Shown here piece by piece: positions 53,174-63,744 of a stretch of DNA of 64,000 nucleotides (position 1 is its first letter; each line of letters starts with the position of its first letter). The notes beneath the pieces were generated by a model, which saw only the letters and a list, made by a program, of their open reading frames with translations, had not been told where the DNA came from and made no database searches. The stretch is taken from positions 15,479-79,478 of the forward strand of contig JADQCB010000015.1 in NCBI GenBank assembly GCA_016278325.1, given 5' to 3'. Position numbers and translations under genes: made by a program. The stretch comes from Actibacterium sp. (GTDB taxonomy: Bacteria > Pseudomonadota > Alphaproteobacteria > Rhodobacterales > Rhodobacteraceae).

Positions 53174-54952
53174 ATGCACGCCTTTCGCAGCCATACCTGC
53201 GCCGATCTCGACAAGTCGGACGTGGGCCAGACCGTTCGCCTGTCGGGCTGGGTCCATCGCGTCCGGGACCATGGCGGCATCCTGTTCATCGACCTGCGTG
53301 ACCATTACGGGGTGACGCAGGTTCTGGCCGACCCCGACAGCCCGGCCTTCGCCGCGGTCGAGAAGGTGCGCTCGGAATGGTGCATCCGAATCGATGGCGA
53401 GGTGAAGGCGCGCGACACGGACCTGATCAACCCGCGCCTGCCCACCGGCGAGATCGAGGTCTATATCCGCGACATCGAGGTTCTGGGCGCGGCCGAGGAA
53501 TTGCCGCTGATCGTGTTCGGCGATCAGGAATATCCCGAGGAAACGCGCCTGCGCTATCGCTATCTCGACCTGCGGCGCGAGGCGATGCAGCGCAACATGA
53601 AACTGCGCAGCGACGTGGTCGCCAGCATCCGCCGCCGCATGTGGGACAGCGGGTTCCGCGAATTCCAGACGCCGATCATCACCGCCTCCAGCCCCGAGGG
53701 CGCGCGCGACTTCCTGGTGCCCTCGCGGCTTCATCCCGGCAAGTTCTATGCCCTGCCGCAGGCGCCGCAGCAGTTCAAGCAGCTGATCATGGTGTCGGGC
53801 TTCGACAAGTATTTCCAGATCGCGCCCTGCTTCCGTGACGAGGATCCGCGCGCCGACCGCTCGCCCACCGATTTCTACCAACTGGACATGGAGATGTCCT
53901 TCGTCACCCAGCAGGACGTGTTCGACACGCTGCAACCGGTTCTCGACGGGGTGTTCGAGGAATTCGGGGGCGGTCACAAGGTGGACAAGCACTGGCCGCA
54001 GATCGGTTACGCGGATGCGATGCGGTGGTATGGCTCCGACAAGCCCGACCTGCGCAACCCGATCAAGATGCAGGACGTGTCCGAGCATTTCCGCGGCTCG
54101 GGCTTTGCCATCTTCGCCAAACTGCTGGAGCAGGAAGGCACCGAGATCCGCGCCATTCCCGCGCCGGGTGGCGGCAGCCGCAAGTTCTGCGACCGGATGA
54201 ACGCCTACGCCCAGAAGGAAGGGCTGCCGGGGATGGGATATATCTTCTGGCGCGAGGGCGAGAACGGTGTTGAACCGGCCGGCCCGCTGGCCAGGAACAT
54301 CGGCCCCGAGCGAACCGAGGCGATCCGCCGGCAGCTGGGGCTTGGCAAGGGCGACGCGGCGTTCTTCCTTGGCGGCAAGCCGGCCGCGTTCGAGGCGGTG
54401 GCGGGCCGTGCGCGCAACGTCATCGGCGAAGAACTGGACCTGACCGAGAAGAACCGCTTCGCCTTTTGCTGGGTGGTCGATTTCCCGATGTACGAAAAGG
54501 ACGAGGAAACCGGCGTTGTCGATTTCAGCCACAACCCTTTCTCGATGCCGCAGGGCGGGCTTGCCGCGCTCGACGGCGATCCGCTCCAGGTTCTGGGGTT
54601 CCAATACGACCTGTCCTGCAACGGTTACGAGATCGTGTCGGGCGCGATTCGCAATCACAAGCCGGAAATCATGTTCAAGGCGTTCGAACTGGCCGGCTAC
54701 CCCCCCGAAGAGGTCACCAACCGCTTTGGCGGCATGGTCAATGCGTTCAAATACGGGGCGCCGCCGCATGGCGGCTGTGCCGCGGGAATCGACCGGATCG
54801 TGATGCTTCTGGCCGACGAGGCGAATATCCGCGAGGTCATCATGTTCCCGATGAACCAGCGCGCCGAGGATCTGATGATGGGCGCCCCGTCACAGCCTAC
54901 GAACGAGCAGATGCGTGAGCTGTCGCTGCGGGTGATCGACCCGAAGGGCTGA
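53174..54952 (+). CDS. aspS: aspartate--tRNA ligase
   Basis: ORF 53129..54952, ATG at 53174 ([12 protein letters not shown]). Class II motifs [10 protein letters not shown] and GGCAAGIDR. Confidence 0.95.
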   Translation: MHAFRSHTCADLDKSDVGQTVRLSGWVHRVRDHGGILFIDLRDHYGVTQVLADPDSPAFAAVEKVRSEWCIRIDGEVKARDTDLINPRLPTGEIEVYIRDIEVLGAAEELPLIVFGDQEYPEETRLRYRYLDLRREAMQRNMKLRSDVVASIRRRMWDSGFREFQTPIITASSPEGARDFLVPSRLHPGKFYALPQAPQQFKQLIMVSGFDKYFQIAPCFRDEDPRADRSPTDFYQLDMEMSFVTQQDVFDTLQPVLDGVFEEFGGGHKVDKHWPQIGYADAMRWYGSDKPDLRNPIKMQDVSEHFRGSGFAIFAKLLEQEGTEIRAIPAPGGGSRKFCDRMNAYAQKEGLPGMGYIFWREGENGVEPAGPLARNIGPERTEAIRRQLGLGKGDAAFFLGGKPAAFEAVAGRARNVIGEELDLTEKNRFAFCWVVDFPMYEKDEETGVVDFSHNPFSMPQGGLAALDGDPLQVLGFQYDLSCNGYEIVSGAIRNHKPEIMFKAFELAGYPPEEVTNRFGGMVNAFKYGAPPHGGCAAGIDRIVMLLADEANIREVIMFPMNQRAEDLMMGAPSQPTNEQMRELSLRVIDPKG

Positions 54953-54987
54953 TTCGCGCCGCGTCGAAAACCGGGGCGCATCACGGC

Positions 54988-55704
54988 TCAGACCGGCCCC
55001 CGCGCCGCGATACGCGCCTGCACGAGGCCCGAGATTCTTGCGCTTGCCGCGGCGGCTTTCCCGGTGTCGCGATGGCACAGCGCCAGGCCGTCCGCCGCCT
55101 TTTCCAGCAACCGATCATCCGCGTCGCGCGCGACCGCGGCCAGGAACTGTGCCAGGTAATGCAGCGTCTGCGCATCGGCGCCGGCGGCCAGAACCTCGGC
55201 CGCATGAACCATGTCCTCGCGAAAGGCGAAACCGTCCGGCCGCACCGGTTCATCCGGGATCCTGCCGATCCCCGGTGGGCCCCCGTCCGGCAGATGCGCC
55301 GTGATCGCCTGCTGGAACGTGGCCAGGCTGGTCACCGGCTTGGCCAGAAAACCGTCTGCGCCGGCCTCGATCACCCGGGCGCGCGCGCCGTCATCGCCGC
55401 TGCATCCCAGGATGACCGGAACGCGTGGGACCGCGCGGGCCAGTTCGGCGATCAGGGTGTCGCCCAGGCCATCGGGCAGACCGAGGTCGATCACCGCCAC
55501 TTGCGGGCGATAGACGCGCAGGTGGCGCCGCGCCGAGTGAAGACAATCGGCCCGGCGGATCCGCGCCCCCGACCGCAGGCATAGCAGGCGCATCGCCTCG
55601 GACGCGAAACGGCTGTCCTCGACCACCAGCACCGTCTGTCCGGATAATGGCCGGTCCGATCGCGCCGATGGCACGGGAATCAGGTCATGCAGGTCGTCGG
55701 TCAT
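54988..55704 (-). CDS. response-regulator receiver protein with uncharacterised C-terminal region
   Basis: 238 aa. REC signature (VLVVEDS..VIDLGLPDG..FLAKP) followed by about 100 aa with no motif I recognise. Confidence 0.7.
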   Translation of the reverse strand: MTDDLHDLIPVPSARSDRPLSGQTVLVVEDSRFASEAMRLLCLRSGARIRRADCLHSARRHLRVYRPQVAVIDLGLPDGLGDTLIAELARAVPRVPVILGCSGDDGARARVIEAGADGFLAKPVTSLATFQQAITAHLPDGGPPGIGRIPDEPVRPDGFAFREDMVHAAEVLAAGADAQTLHYLAQFLAAVARDADDRLLEKAADGLALCHRDTGKAAAASARISGLVQARIAARGPV

Positions 55705-55851
55705 GAATCAGGCCCTCCCGGTTGTGATCCCGATTAGACGGCGCAAAGGCTTAATCGGCGGTAAATACGCCCCGATATTCGGCCAACCCCTTGCAGCGCG
55801 ACACATCGGACCGCATAACCGGGCGGTCCGGTTCTGCCTGAGAGGATTCCG

Positions 55852-56256
55852 ATGATCGGCCGCCTGAACCATGTCGCCATCGCCGTGCCCGACCTCGCCG
55901 CGGCATCGGCGCAATATGCCGAAACGCTGGGCGCCACGGTGGGCGCGCCCCAAGACGAACCCGAACATGGCGTCACCGTGGTGTTCATCGAGCTTCCCAA
56001 CACCAAGATCGAGCTTTTGCACCCGCTGGGCGAGGACAGCCCGATTCGCGGCTTTCTGGACAAGAACCCGGCCGGCGGCATTCACCACATCTGCTATGAG
56101 GTCGAGGATATCCTGGCCGCCCGCGACCGGCTGACCGCGCGCGGGGCGCGCATCCTGGGTTCGGGCGAGCCGAAGATCGGCGCCCATGGCAAACCGGTGC
56201 TGTTCCTGCATCCCAAGGATTTCAACGGCACATTGATCGAACTGGAGCAGGTCTGA
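55852..56256 (+). CDS. mce: methylmalonyl-CoA epimerase (VOC/glyoxalase fold)
   Basis: 134 aa. LNHVAIAVPDL..GIHHICYEV..LIELEQ. Confidence 0.85.
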   Translation: MIGRLNHVAIAVPDLAAASAQYAETLGATVGAPQDEPEHGVTVVFIELPNTKIELLHPLGEDSPIRGFLDKNPAGGIHHICYEVEDILAARDRLTARGARILGSGEPKIGAHGKPVLFLHPKDFNGTLIELEQV

Positions 56257-56549
56257 TGGCGATCACCTCGGCAATCGTTCTTTTCGGCATCACCTGGTTC
56301 ATGGTGCTTTTCGTCACGCTGCCGCTGCGCCGGCGCACCCAGGGCGACGAGGGCGAGATCGTGCCGGGAACGCATGCCGGCGCGCCGGTCAATTTCGACC
56401 CCCGGCGCACCGTGAAGATCGTCACCCTGGTGAGCATCCCGATCTGGCTGATCATCGTGGGCGTCATCCTGTCGGGTGTGATCTCGATCGACGATTTCCA
56501 GGGGCTCAACCGGATGACGATCGAGCCAAGCGGTGGAACTGGTGGGTGA
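56256..56549 (+). CDS. DUF1467-family small membrane protein
   Basis: 97 aa. ATG overlaps the mce stop. Two TM segments. Usual partner of mce in alphaproteobacteria (from memory). Confidence 0.65.
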   Translation: MAITSAIVLFGITWFMVLFVTLPLRRRTQGDEGEIVPGTHAGAPVNFDPRRTVKIVTLVSIPIWLIIVGVILSGVISIDDFQGLNRMTIEPSGGTGG

Positions 56550-57204
56550 AGGTGGCCGCGCCTAGTATCGGGATCAGCAGGTTCACCAGCGGCACGGTCA
56601 GCGGAATCGCCATCAGGATGCCGGCCCCCCAGATTCGCAGGCGGTATCGGCGCCGCAGCCTGGTCGCGCCGTCACGGCCCAGCCGGCGCATCGCGGCCAT
56701 CTGAAAATATTCGCGCCCCAGCAGATAACCGTTCACCACCCAGAACAGGATCGGCGCGAATGGCCCCACCACGAAATACAGCGCCAGCGCCACCGCGTTC
56801 ACCGCCACGATCACGCCGAAGAAATTGACCGAGTCGCGGAACACCTCATAGGCGCCGATCCGCGGCACCGGCGGCAGGCCGGGATAGTGGCGCGCCTCGA
56901 CCGCGGCGGCGACATCCTCCAGGAACAGGCCGGTAAAGGCCGAGGCGACCGGAACCATCAGGAAGACCGACAGGAACATCATCAGCCCGATCGCCGCGAA
57001 AGACAGCAGATCCCCGATCCAGCGCACCTGTCCGATCAGCGGCAGCGTGGCGGAGTCGGGAACCAGCAAGCCCAGCGTGACGACCAGCAACGCGGTCATC
57101 CCGGCCAGAAGCGCCACTGTCAGCCCCAGCCCCAACCACAGCACCCGCCGGAAGCGCGGGTCGCCCAGTTGCGCCAGCGACTTGACGAAATCGCCGACGA
57201 TCAT
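56506..57204 (-). CDS. EI24/CysZ-like membrane protein
   Basis: 232 aa. Multi-pass. Resembles EI24-domain sulfate-transporter-family proteins. Confidence 0.65.
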   Translation of the reverse strand: MIVGDFVKSLAQLGDPRFRRVLWLGLGLTVALLAGMTALLVVTLGLLVPDSATLPLIGQVRWIGDLLSFAAIGLMMFLSVFLMVPVASAFTGLFLEDVAAAVEARHYPGLPPVPRIGAYEVFRDSVNFFGVIVAVNAVALALYFVVGPFAPILFWVVNGYLLGREYFQMAAMRRLGRDGATRLRRRYRLRIWGAGILMAIPLTVPLVNLLIPILGAATFTHQFHRLARSSSG

Positions 57205-57779
57205 TCGGCAACCCAGGTCGTCTTGGCGTTCACGTCGGGGCGGGGCCGGTCGGGCGGGGTGGCCGTTTCGGTGCCGATATGGATCACGCCGGCCACCGAT
57301 TCGCCCGCATCCAGGCCCAGGCCCTGCTGCACGAACCCGGGGTCATGCGCGGGCCAGCCAGTCAGCCAGTTCGCGCCCCAGCCCGAGGCCTGCGCCGCGT
57401 TCAGCAGCGCCAGGCAGACCGCGCCCGCGGAATAGCACTGCTCGACCCTCGGAATCTTTTCCGATTCCACCGGGCTGGACACCACCACCACGGCCAGGCC
57501 CGATCCGGCCCAGGTCTGGCGCTGCTTCTCGATCTGATCCGGGTCGCGGCCCTGGTCGGTTCCGTGGCTGACGACGAGGGCCGCCAGACGCTTCAGCGCC
57601 GGACGTTCCAGCACGACGAAGCGCCATGGTTCCAGCTTGCCGTGATCGGGGCTGCGCGCGGCGGCAGTCAGGATCGGCATCAGCGCGTTGCGGTCGGGAT
57701 AGGGCGCAGCAAGTGTCTTGGCCGGGCGGGATCGCCGCGTCAGCAGGAATTCCATCGCGGTCGGGTTCTGATCTGGCAT
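57201..57779 (-). CDS. nitroreductase-family protein
   Basis: 192 aa. LLTRRSRP..APDHGKLEPWRF. Confidence 0.8.
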   Translation of the reverse strand: MPDQNPTAMEFLLTRRSRPAKTLAAPYPDRNALMPILTAAARSPDHGKLEPWRFVVLERPALKRLAALVVSHGTDQGRDPDQIEKQRQTWAGSGLAVVVVSSPVESEKIPRVEQCYSAGAVCLALLNAAQASGWGANWLTGWPAHDPGFVQQGLGLDAGESVAGVIHIGTETATPPDRPRPDVNAKTTWVAE

Positions 57780-57967
57780 GGTCTTCTCCTGTCCTTTTAA
57801 GGCTATGTCTGCGATCCGCGGGCGCGGTTCAAGGGCTCGGCGGCATCCTGCGCGGTTCGACCGTCCGGTCGGGCCAGCAACCGCCCGCCGGAGCCTGTTC
57901 GCGCAAGGGGTTGCAGTCCGGCCCTGCCGGCATGAGAATCGCCGGACATGCAGAGCAGGAATGTGGC

Positions 57968-58225
57968 ATGGTGAAGGCCGAATTTTCCGGGTTGGCGGAG
58001 CCGGGGGCGCGGATCGCGGTGCGGGTCACGCCAGGGGCATCGCGCAACATGATCGAAATGCAGGACGGTGTGCTGCGCGTCCATGTCACCGCGATTCCCG
58101 AAGGCGGCAAGGCCAATGCGGCGGTTCTCAAGCTGCTTTCCAGGGCGCTTGGCGTGCCGAAGTCGCGGCTTGAGTTGCAGCGCGGTGCGACCGCGCGCGA
58201 CAAGCTGTTCCGGGTTCTCGGCTAA
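57968..58225 (+). CDS. DUF167 (YggU-like) protein
   Basis: ORF 57626..58225, ATG at 57968 (alternative at 57932). VRVTPGASRN..GKANAAVLKLLS..V. Confidence 0.7.
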   Translation: MVKAEFSGLAEPGARIAVRVTPGASRNMIEMQDGVLRVHVTAIPEGGKANAAVLKLLSRALGVPKSRLELQRGATARDKLFRVLG

Positions 58226-58461
58226 CGCGCGTCGCGCTTCAGGCGATAGACCCCCTCGGGCAGGTCGAGCGCCGCGGCAAGTTCATTGAGCTGCGCCATC
58301 GAGAAGGTGATTTTCTGAACGCTGTCGGTCCGCGGGTCGTATTGCTCGACGGTGACGCATTCCTCGAACGCGTTGATGGTCACGTCCTCCTGAAGATGGC
58401 CTTGGCCCTCGTCGATAAGGGTCACCACGGTGGCGTCGAATTCATGTTCGATGGTAAACAT
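58222..58461 (-). CDS. small acidic hypothetical protein
   Basis: 79 aa ORF with clean coding look. No family recognised. Confidence 0.5.
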   Translation of the reverse strand: MFTIEHEFDATVVTLIDEGQGHLQEDVTINAFEECVTVEQYDPRTDSVQKITFSMAQLNELAAALDLPEGVYRLKRDAR

Positions 58462-58686
58462 GGCCCGAGGCTAGCGCGCCTGCGGGCAGAAGGAAAGCGC
58501 GCCGACGGACCCGGCGCCGTCTCTTTCCGTTCGTGCCCGTCCGATCCGGTCTGGCCCTGCATGGGCCGCTCACGGTGCGGTATCGCTGTCAATCCTTGGC
58601 GCCAATCCGAATTTGACACGCATCAAGGCGCCGCGGGGCTGGATGTGCTTGCCTGTGCCCACAGAGCCCCAGGAGGAGGATGCACG

Positions 58687-58950
58687 ATGTTCGGATTTGC
58701 CAGGATGGATGAACACGCGGAACTGGTCGGCGCGATGGCCGATTCCCTTGGCGTGGATCTGGCCGAGGAAATGCTGGCCGGGCGCATGCCCCCCGAAGAA
58801 GCACGCAGCATGGTACTGCGCTGCATCGGCTGCGCCGATGTCGCGGAATGCCGGCATTTTCTGGCCGACCATGTAGCCGCGCATGATGCGGCGGCCGCCC
58901 CCGATTATTGCCGGAACAAGGCGCTGATGGATGGGCTGAAAGCGCGCTGA
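58687..58950 (+). CDS. small four-Cys protein (DUF6455-like)
   Basis: ORF 58342..58950, ATG at 58687. CIGC-x5-C..PDYC motif. Paralogue of the next gene. Confidence 0.6.
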   Translation: MFGFARMDEHAELVGAMADSLGVDLAEEMLAGRMPPEEARSMVLRCIGCADVAECRHFLADHVAAHDAAAAPDYCRNKALMDGLKAR

Positions 58951-58951
58951 A

Positions 58952-59206
58952 ATGCATGATTGCGGCCGTCTGTCCAGGCATTTCTGGTTGATGCGGGGCA
59001 TGGCGCGAACCATTGGCATCAGCCTGTCGGCGGCGCGTCGGGACGGCAGGCTGTCGACTGCCGGATATACCCATGCGATCGCGACATGCTGCGCCTGCGG
59101 GCAATCCGCGCGCTGTACCGACTGGATGGGACGGCAAGGCGCCGGTGCCACGGCCTTGCCCGATTACTGTGCGGTAAAGCCGATGATCGAGGCGCTCCGG
59201 TCCTAG
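58952..59206 (+). CDS. small four-Cys protein (DUF6455-like)
   Basis: 84 aa. Starts 1 nt after the preceding stop. CCAC-x5-C..PDYC motif. Confidence 0.6.
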   Translation: MHDCGRLSRHFWLMRGMARTIGISLSAARRDGRLSTAGYTHAIATCCACGQSARCTDWMGRQGAGATALPDYCAVKPMIEALRS

Positions 59207-61650
59207 CCTTTGCGCGGTTTCGCCCTCAGCGTCGGGTCGGCCCGGGTCGGATCCTCCGGCCAGGGGTGACGCGGATACCGCCCGCGCATGCCCTTTCTGA
59301 CCTCGGCATAGGAATTGGCCCAGAAGCCGGGCAGATCCATCGTGGTCTGAACCGGCCTGCCGGCCGGGGATAACAGGGTGATCCGCAATGGCAGGTTTTC
59401 CGGCCCGATCGTCGGGTGGCGGGCAAGGCCGAACATCTCCTGCAAGCGGACGGTGATTTCCGGTGCGTCGCCGGAATAATCAATGGGCACCTTCCGGCCC
59501 AGGGGCGTTTCGAACCGGGCCGGCGCAAGGCGGTCGAGCCCTTGCTGTTGCTCCCAATCCAGGGCCGCGCGCAGGGCGTTGGCCAGGTCGAGGCGCCTGA
59601 GGTCTTCTTCCGTCTTCATCCCCGCGAGATGTGGCAGAAGCCAGCTGTCCGCGCGCGCGATCAGGCCCGCATCGGAAAAATCCGGCAATGCCGCCCCCGC
59701 GCCGCGCAGCAATTCGACCCGCGCTTGCAGGCGGCGGGCGGCATCGGTCCAGGGCAGGCCCAGGTCGCGCACACCGTCCAGCATGGCCCGCGCCACCGCC
59801 TCGGGCGGCGGATCCTTCCATATCCGGTCATCGAGGATGATCGCGCCGAACATCTCGCGCTGGCGGGTGATCACGCGACGCTTGCGATGCGACCATTCGC
59901 AGACATCGTGCCAGGCGATACGCTCGGCATGCAGCCGACGCAGCTGCGCTTCGGTGATTTCGGCGGCCAGCCGGATGCGCGGCTCGCGGGTGTCGCCATC
60001 CAGATCCAGCGCGACGATCAGCCGGCAGCCGGCCATCGGGTCGTCCTCGGCGATCACCGCACCCTTGCCGCCGGAAAGCACGAAGCGCGGCCGGTCGCCC
60101 TTGCGGTGCAGCCCCACACGATCGGGATAAGCCAGCGCCGCCATTTCGCCGGGGCTCATGGCATTCGCGCCGGGCGCGTCGCGCGACAGCCGCCGGGCCT
60201 CGGCGCGGATGCGCGCGATCGCGCCGGGGTTGGGCGTCCAGGGGCGGGTCGCGGCAAAGCGGCTGGGATCGGCCAGCGCCTCCAGCCGCAGCGCCAGGTC
60301 TGCCGGCGCCCCGCGCAGCGGGTCGCGTTCGGCCAGCAGCGCGGCCAGCGCCGCGGCGGGCCGGCCGGCGCACAGCAGCATGTGACCCAGGCGCGGATGC
60401 AGCGGAAGGGCGGCCATTGCGCGACCGTGTTCGGTAATTCCGCCGGTCCGGTCGAGCGCGCCCAGCTGGGCCAGCAGTGCACGCGCCTGCGTCAGCGCGC
60501 CGGGGTTGGGCGGGGTCAGGAACACCAGATCCTCGGCGCTGCCCCACAGCGCCAGTTCAAGCGCCAGCGCGGTCAGGTCGGTCGCCGCGATCTCGGGCGG
60601 TGGAAAATCCGGCAGGCCGCCTTCCTCGGCGCGCGTCCAGAGCCGATAGCACAGGCCCTCGGCCACCCGCCCTGCCCGGCCACGCCGCTGTTCGGCCTCG
60701 GCCTTCGTCACCTGCTCGGTGACCAGCCGCGACATCCCCGTGCCGGGATCGAAACGCGCCCGCCTGGCCCGGCCGCCATCGACCACGACGCGGATGTCCT
60801 GGATCGTCAGCGACGTTTCGGCGATGGCCGTTGCCAGCACCAGCTTGCGCCCCCCGGAAACCGGCGCGATCGCGGCGCGTTGCGCGGCGAAATCCATGGC
60901 CCCGAACAAGGGGCGAATGACGCAATCGGCCGGCAGGCGCCCCTTCAGGAGCGACTCGACGCGGCGGATCTCTCCCTCGCCGGGCAGAAAGACCAGAACG
61001 CCGCCCGCGGTTTCCGAAAGGGCGCGTTCGACAAGCGACGCAACCGCCGGTTCGAACCGCTGCGCCTTCGGCCGCGACCGGTCAAGCCAGCGCGTTCGCA
61101 CCGGAAAGCTGCGCCCAGCCGATGTCACGACGGGCGCGTCATCCATCAACGCCGCCACCGGCGCGGCATCCAGCGTGGCCGACATCACCAGCACCAGCAG
61201 ATCCTCGCGCAAGGCAGAACGCAGTTCCCATGTCAGGGCCAGCCCCAGATCCGCGTTCAGCGACCGTTCGTGGAATTCGTCGAAGATCACCGCGCCGATA
61301 CCGGCAAGCTCCGGGTCCGACTGGATCATCCGGGTCAGGATGCCCTCGGTGACCACTTCGATACGCGTGGCTTTCGACACCTTCGCATCGCCGCGGATGC
61401 GATACCCCACCCGTTGCCCGACCTCTTCGCCCAGGGTTTCGGCCATGCGTTCGGCGGCGGCGCGGGCGGCCAGGCGGCGTGGCTCCAGCATCACGATGCG
61501 CCCCGTACACAGGCCCGCCTCCAGAATTGCCAGCGGCACGATGGTGGTCTTGCCCGCGCCCGGCGGCGCCTGCAAAACGGCGCGCCGTGCGTCGCGCAGG
61601 GCCGCCAGAAGCCCGGGCAGGGCCGCGCCTATGGGCAGATCCACGTCCAT
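59203..61650 (-). CDS. hrpB: ATP-dependent RNA helicase HrpB
   Basis: 815 aa. PGAGKTT, DEFHERS and the HrpB C-terminal domain. Confidence 0.92.
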   Translation of the reverse strand: MDVDLPIGAALPGLLAALRDARRAVLQAPPGAGKTTIVPLAILEAGLCTGRIVMLEPRRLAARAAAERMAETLGEEVGQRVGYRIRGDAKVSKATRIEVVTEGILTRMIQSDPELAGIGAVIFDEFHERSLNADLGLALTWELRSALREDLLVLVMSATLDAAPVAALMDDAPVVTSAGRSFPVRTRWLDRSRPKAQRFEPAVASLVERALSETAGGVLVFLPGEGEIRRVESLLKGRLPADCVIRPLFGAMDFAAQRAAIAPVSGGRKLVLATAIAETSLTIQDIRVVVDGGRARRARFDPGTGMSRLVTEQVTKAEAEQRRGRAGRVAEGLCYRLWTRAEEGGLPDFPPPEIAATDLTALALELALWGSAEDLVFLTPPNPGALTQARALLAQLGALDRTGGITEHGRAMAALPLHPRLGHMLLCAGRPAAALAALLAERDPLRGAPADLALRLEALADPSRFAATRPWTPNPGAIARIRAEARRLSRDAPGANAMSPGEMAALAYPDRVGLHRKGDRPRFVLSGGKGAVIAEDDPMAGCRLIVALDLDGDTREPRIRLAAEITEAQLRRLHAERIAWHDVCEWSHRKRRVITRQREMFGAIILDDRIWKDPPPEAVARAMLDGVRDLGLPWTDAARRLQARVELLRGAGAALPDFSDAGLIARADSWLLPHLAGMKTEEDLRRLDLANALRAALDWEQQQGLDRLAPARFETPLGRKVPIDYSGDAPEITVRLQEMFGLARHPTIGPENLPLRITLLSPAGRPVQTTMDLPGFWANSYAEVRKGMRGRYPRHPWPEDPTRADPTLRAKPRKG

Positions 61651-61750
61651 CGCGGGCCGTTATGGGCGATTTCCCCGACCTGTGCCAGCCGGGGCTGGAC
61701 ATTAACGCGCCGCCAGAGGCAAACAGGCCCGGACCGATGCGGAGGGTGTG

Positions 61751-62725
61751 ATGAACGCACAGGAACTGGCCGAGCGCGTGCGCGCGGGGGAGCGACGGGC
61801 CCTGGCCCGCGCCATCACGCTGGTCGAAAGCCGCCGGGCCGATCACCGAAAGAACGCGATCGCCCTGCTGGACCGGCTCGCCGGGCCCGATCGGCAGGCG
61901 CTGCGGATCGGCCTGTCAGGCACCCCCGGCGTCGGCAAGTCCACCTTCATCGAGGCGTTCGGCAGCATGCTGACCGCCCAGGGCCTGCGCGTGGCGGTTC
62001 TGGCGGTCGATCCCTCCTCGGCGCGTTCGGGGGGCTCGATCCTGGGCGACAAGACCCGGATGGAGCAACTTTCGCGTGACCCGAACGCTTTCATCCGCCC
62101 CTCGCCCAGCCAGTCGACCCTGGGCGGCGTCGCGCGGCGCACGCGCGACGCCGTGGTGTTGTGCGAAGCGGCGGGCCATGACGTGGTTCTGGTCGAAACC
62201 GTGGGTGTGGGACAATCCGAAACCATGGTGGCCGACATGACCGACCTGTTCGTGCTGTTGCTGGCGCCGGCCGGCGGGGACGAGCTTCAGGGGGTGAAGC
62301 GCGGAATCATGGAAACCGCCGACCTGATCCTGGTCAACAAGGCGGACGGAGAGCTGAAATCGGCCGCGATGCGCACCTGCGCCGATTATGCCGGCGCGCT
62401 GCGCCTGCTGCGGCGGCGCCCGCAGGATCCCGATGGGTTTCCCAAGGTCATGACCGTATCGGCGCAGGATCGGGCCGGTCTCGATGCCGCCTGGGCCGCG
62501 ATGCAGACCCTGGCCGACTGGCGCCGCGAAAATGGGTTTTTCGATGCCCGCCGCGCCGAACAGGCGCGCCGGTGGTTCGAAGAAGAGGTTCGCCTCGGGC
62601 TTCTGGCCCGGCTCGAAACGGACCCCGCAGCGCAGGCACGGCTGCGCGCCCTGGGCGATGCCGTGGCAAGAGGCGAGGCAAGCGTTCCGGGCGCTGCCGA
62701 AGAGATGCTTGCGACGCTGCTCTGA
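61751..62725 (+). CDS. meaB: methylmalonyl-CoA mutase-associated GTPase
   Basis: ORF 61748..62725. ATG at 61751 follows [35 protein letters not shown] and NKAD. Confidence 0.9.
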   Translation: MNAQELAERVRAGERRALARAITLVESRRADHRKNAIALLDRLAGPDRQALRIGLSGTPGVGKSTFIEAFGSMLTAQGLRVAVLAVDPSSARSGGSILGDKTRMEQLSRDPNAFIRPSPSQSTLGGVARRTRDAVVLCEAAGHDVVLVETVGVGQSETMVADMTDLFVLLLAPAGGDELQGVKRGIMETADLILVNKADGELKSAAMRTCADYAGALRLLRRRPQDPDGFPKVMTVSAQDRAGLDAAWAAMQTLADWRRENGFFDARRAEQARRWFEEEVRLGLLARLETDPAAQARLRALGDAVARGEASVPGAAEEMLATLL

Positions 62726-62763
62726 TCGCATCTCCTTGGCCGAAATACTCCCGCCGGAGGCTT

Positions 62764-62786
62764 CGCGGCCCCCCCAGGGGCCGCGG
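62764..62786 (+). terminator. GC-rich hairpin after meaB (possible terminator, no T run)
   Basis: CGCGGCCCC-CCCA-GGGGCCGCG. Confidence 0.35.
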
Positions 62787-62954
62787 ACACCCGAATCGCC
62801 CGGAACGGGCGGCCTTTCCCCGAACTCCGCGATGAATCGCTTGACGCCCGGTTCGTTTTGTCCTTAAAGCAGCGCGATGGAATTCGGGGCGCTGCATTCG
62901 CGGCGCAATGCCGATTACAAGAGACCCAGTTAATACGAGACAAGGAACATAGCC

Positions 62955-63245
62955 ATGTCGCGCGTGTGCGAACTGACCGGAAAAGGCCCGATGACTGGCA
63001 ACAATGTCAGCCACGCCAACAACAAGACCAGGCGCCGGTTCCTGCCGAACCTGAACGACGTGACGCTCATGTCCGACGCGCTTGGACGTTCGTTCAAGCT
63101 GCGGGTGTCTGCCTCGGCGCTGCGCACGGTGGATCACCGCGGCGGTCTCGATGCCTTCCTGGTTAAGGCCAAGGATGCGGAACTGTCGCAGAAGGCGCTG
63201 AAGATCAAGAAGGACATCGACAAGGCGCAGGCCGCGACCGCCTGA
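62955..63245 (+). CDS. rpmB: 50S ribosomal protein L28
   Basis: 96 aa. [33 protein letters not shown]. Confidence 0.95.
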   Translation: MSRVCELTGKGPMTGNNVSHANNKTRRRFLPNLNDVTLMSDALGRSFKLRVSASALRTVDHRGGLDAFLVKAKDAELSQKALKIKKDIDKAQAATA

Positions 63246-63350
63246 GCGCCGCTTGCCTGAGATGACCGGAACGCGGCCCCGCCTGCCTGGCGGGGCCGCT
63301 TCCTTTTGCCGCTTTCCTTCGGCGGGCCGCTGCGGATAAAACTGCGGACG

Positions 63351-63710
63351 ATGATGCGCCTCGGGCCCGCCTTTGCCGTTCTGCTTGCGCTGATGCTGGC
63401 GTTCACGTCGCTGACCCTGGCAGCGGCCCGCGCCCATTTTCCTTCGGCTGGCGTGATCGAGATCTGCGCCGGGCAGGGATTGCAGGTGATACCCGTCGAT
63501 TCCCGGGGAAACCCGGTGGGTCCGCCGCATGTCTGCCCCGACGGTGTCGCGTCATTCGTCAACATCCTGACCGTCCCGCCGGAGCCGCCGCTGCGCCGGC
63601 TTGCCGATGGCGAGCGGTTGCACCTGCCGGCCGGACGCGGGGTTGCCCGCGCGGCGCCGCCGCGCCCGGCCGCCCGCGCGCCTCCGGCCCCTGTCCGATC
63701 CCTTTCATGA
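63351..63710 (+). CDS. hypothetical secreted/membrane protein (possibly DUF2946-like) upstream of PCuAC
   Basis: ORF 63306..63710, ATG at 63351. Signal/anchor segment. Pro/Ala/Arg-rich C-terminus. Family assignment is tentative. Confidence 0.45.
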   Translation: MMRLGPAFAVLLALMLAFTSLTLAAARAHFPSAGVIEICAGQGLQVIPVDSRGNPVGPPHVCPDGVASFVNILTVPPEPPLRRLADGERLHLPAGRGVARAAPPRPAARAPPAPVRSLS

Positions 63711-63744
63711 CAGACAGACGAAACCTTCAGGACCGGAGAAGAAG

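Noticed and set aside
52979-54769. 596-aa minus-strand ORF
   Set aside because: Antisense to aspS.
56506-56549. 44-nt overlap of the 3-prime ends of convergent genes DUF1467 and EI24-like (plus 4-nt convergent overlaps at 58222-58225 and 59203-59206)
   Set aside because: Probably just genome compaction or slightly over-extended C-termini. I see no evidence of antisense regulation.
59416-62079. 887-aa plus-strand ORF
   Set aside because: Antisense to hrpB over most of its length and out of frame with meaB at its end. Arg/Gly/Pro/Gln-rich.
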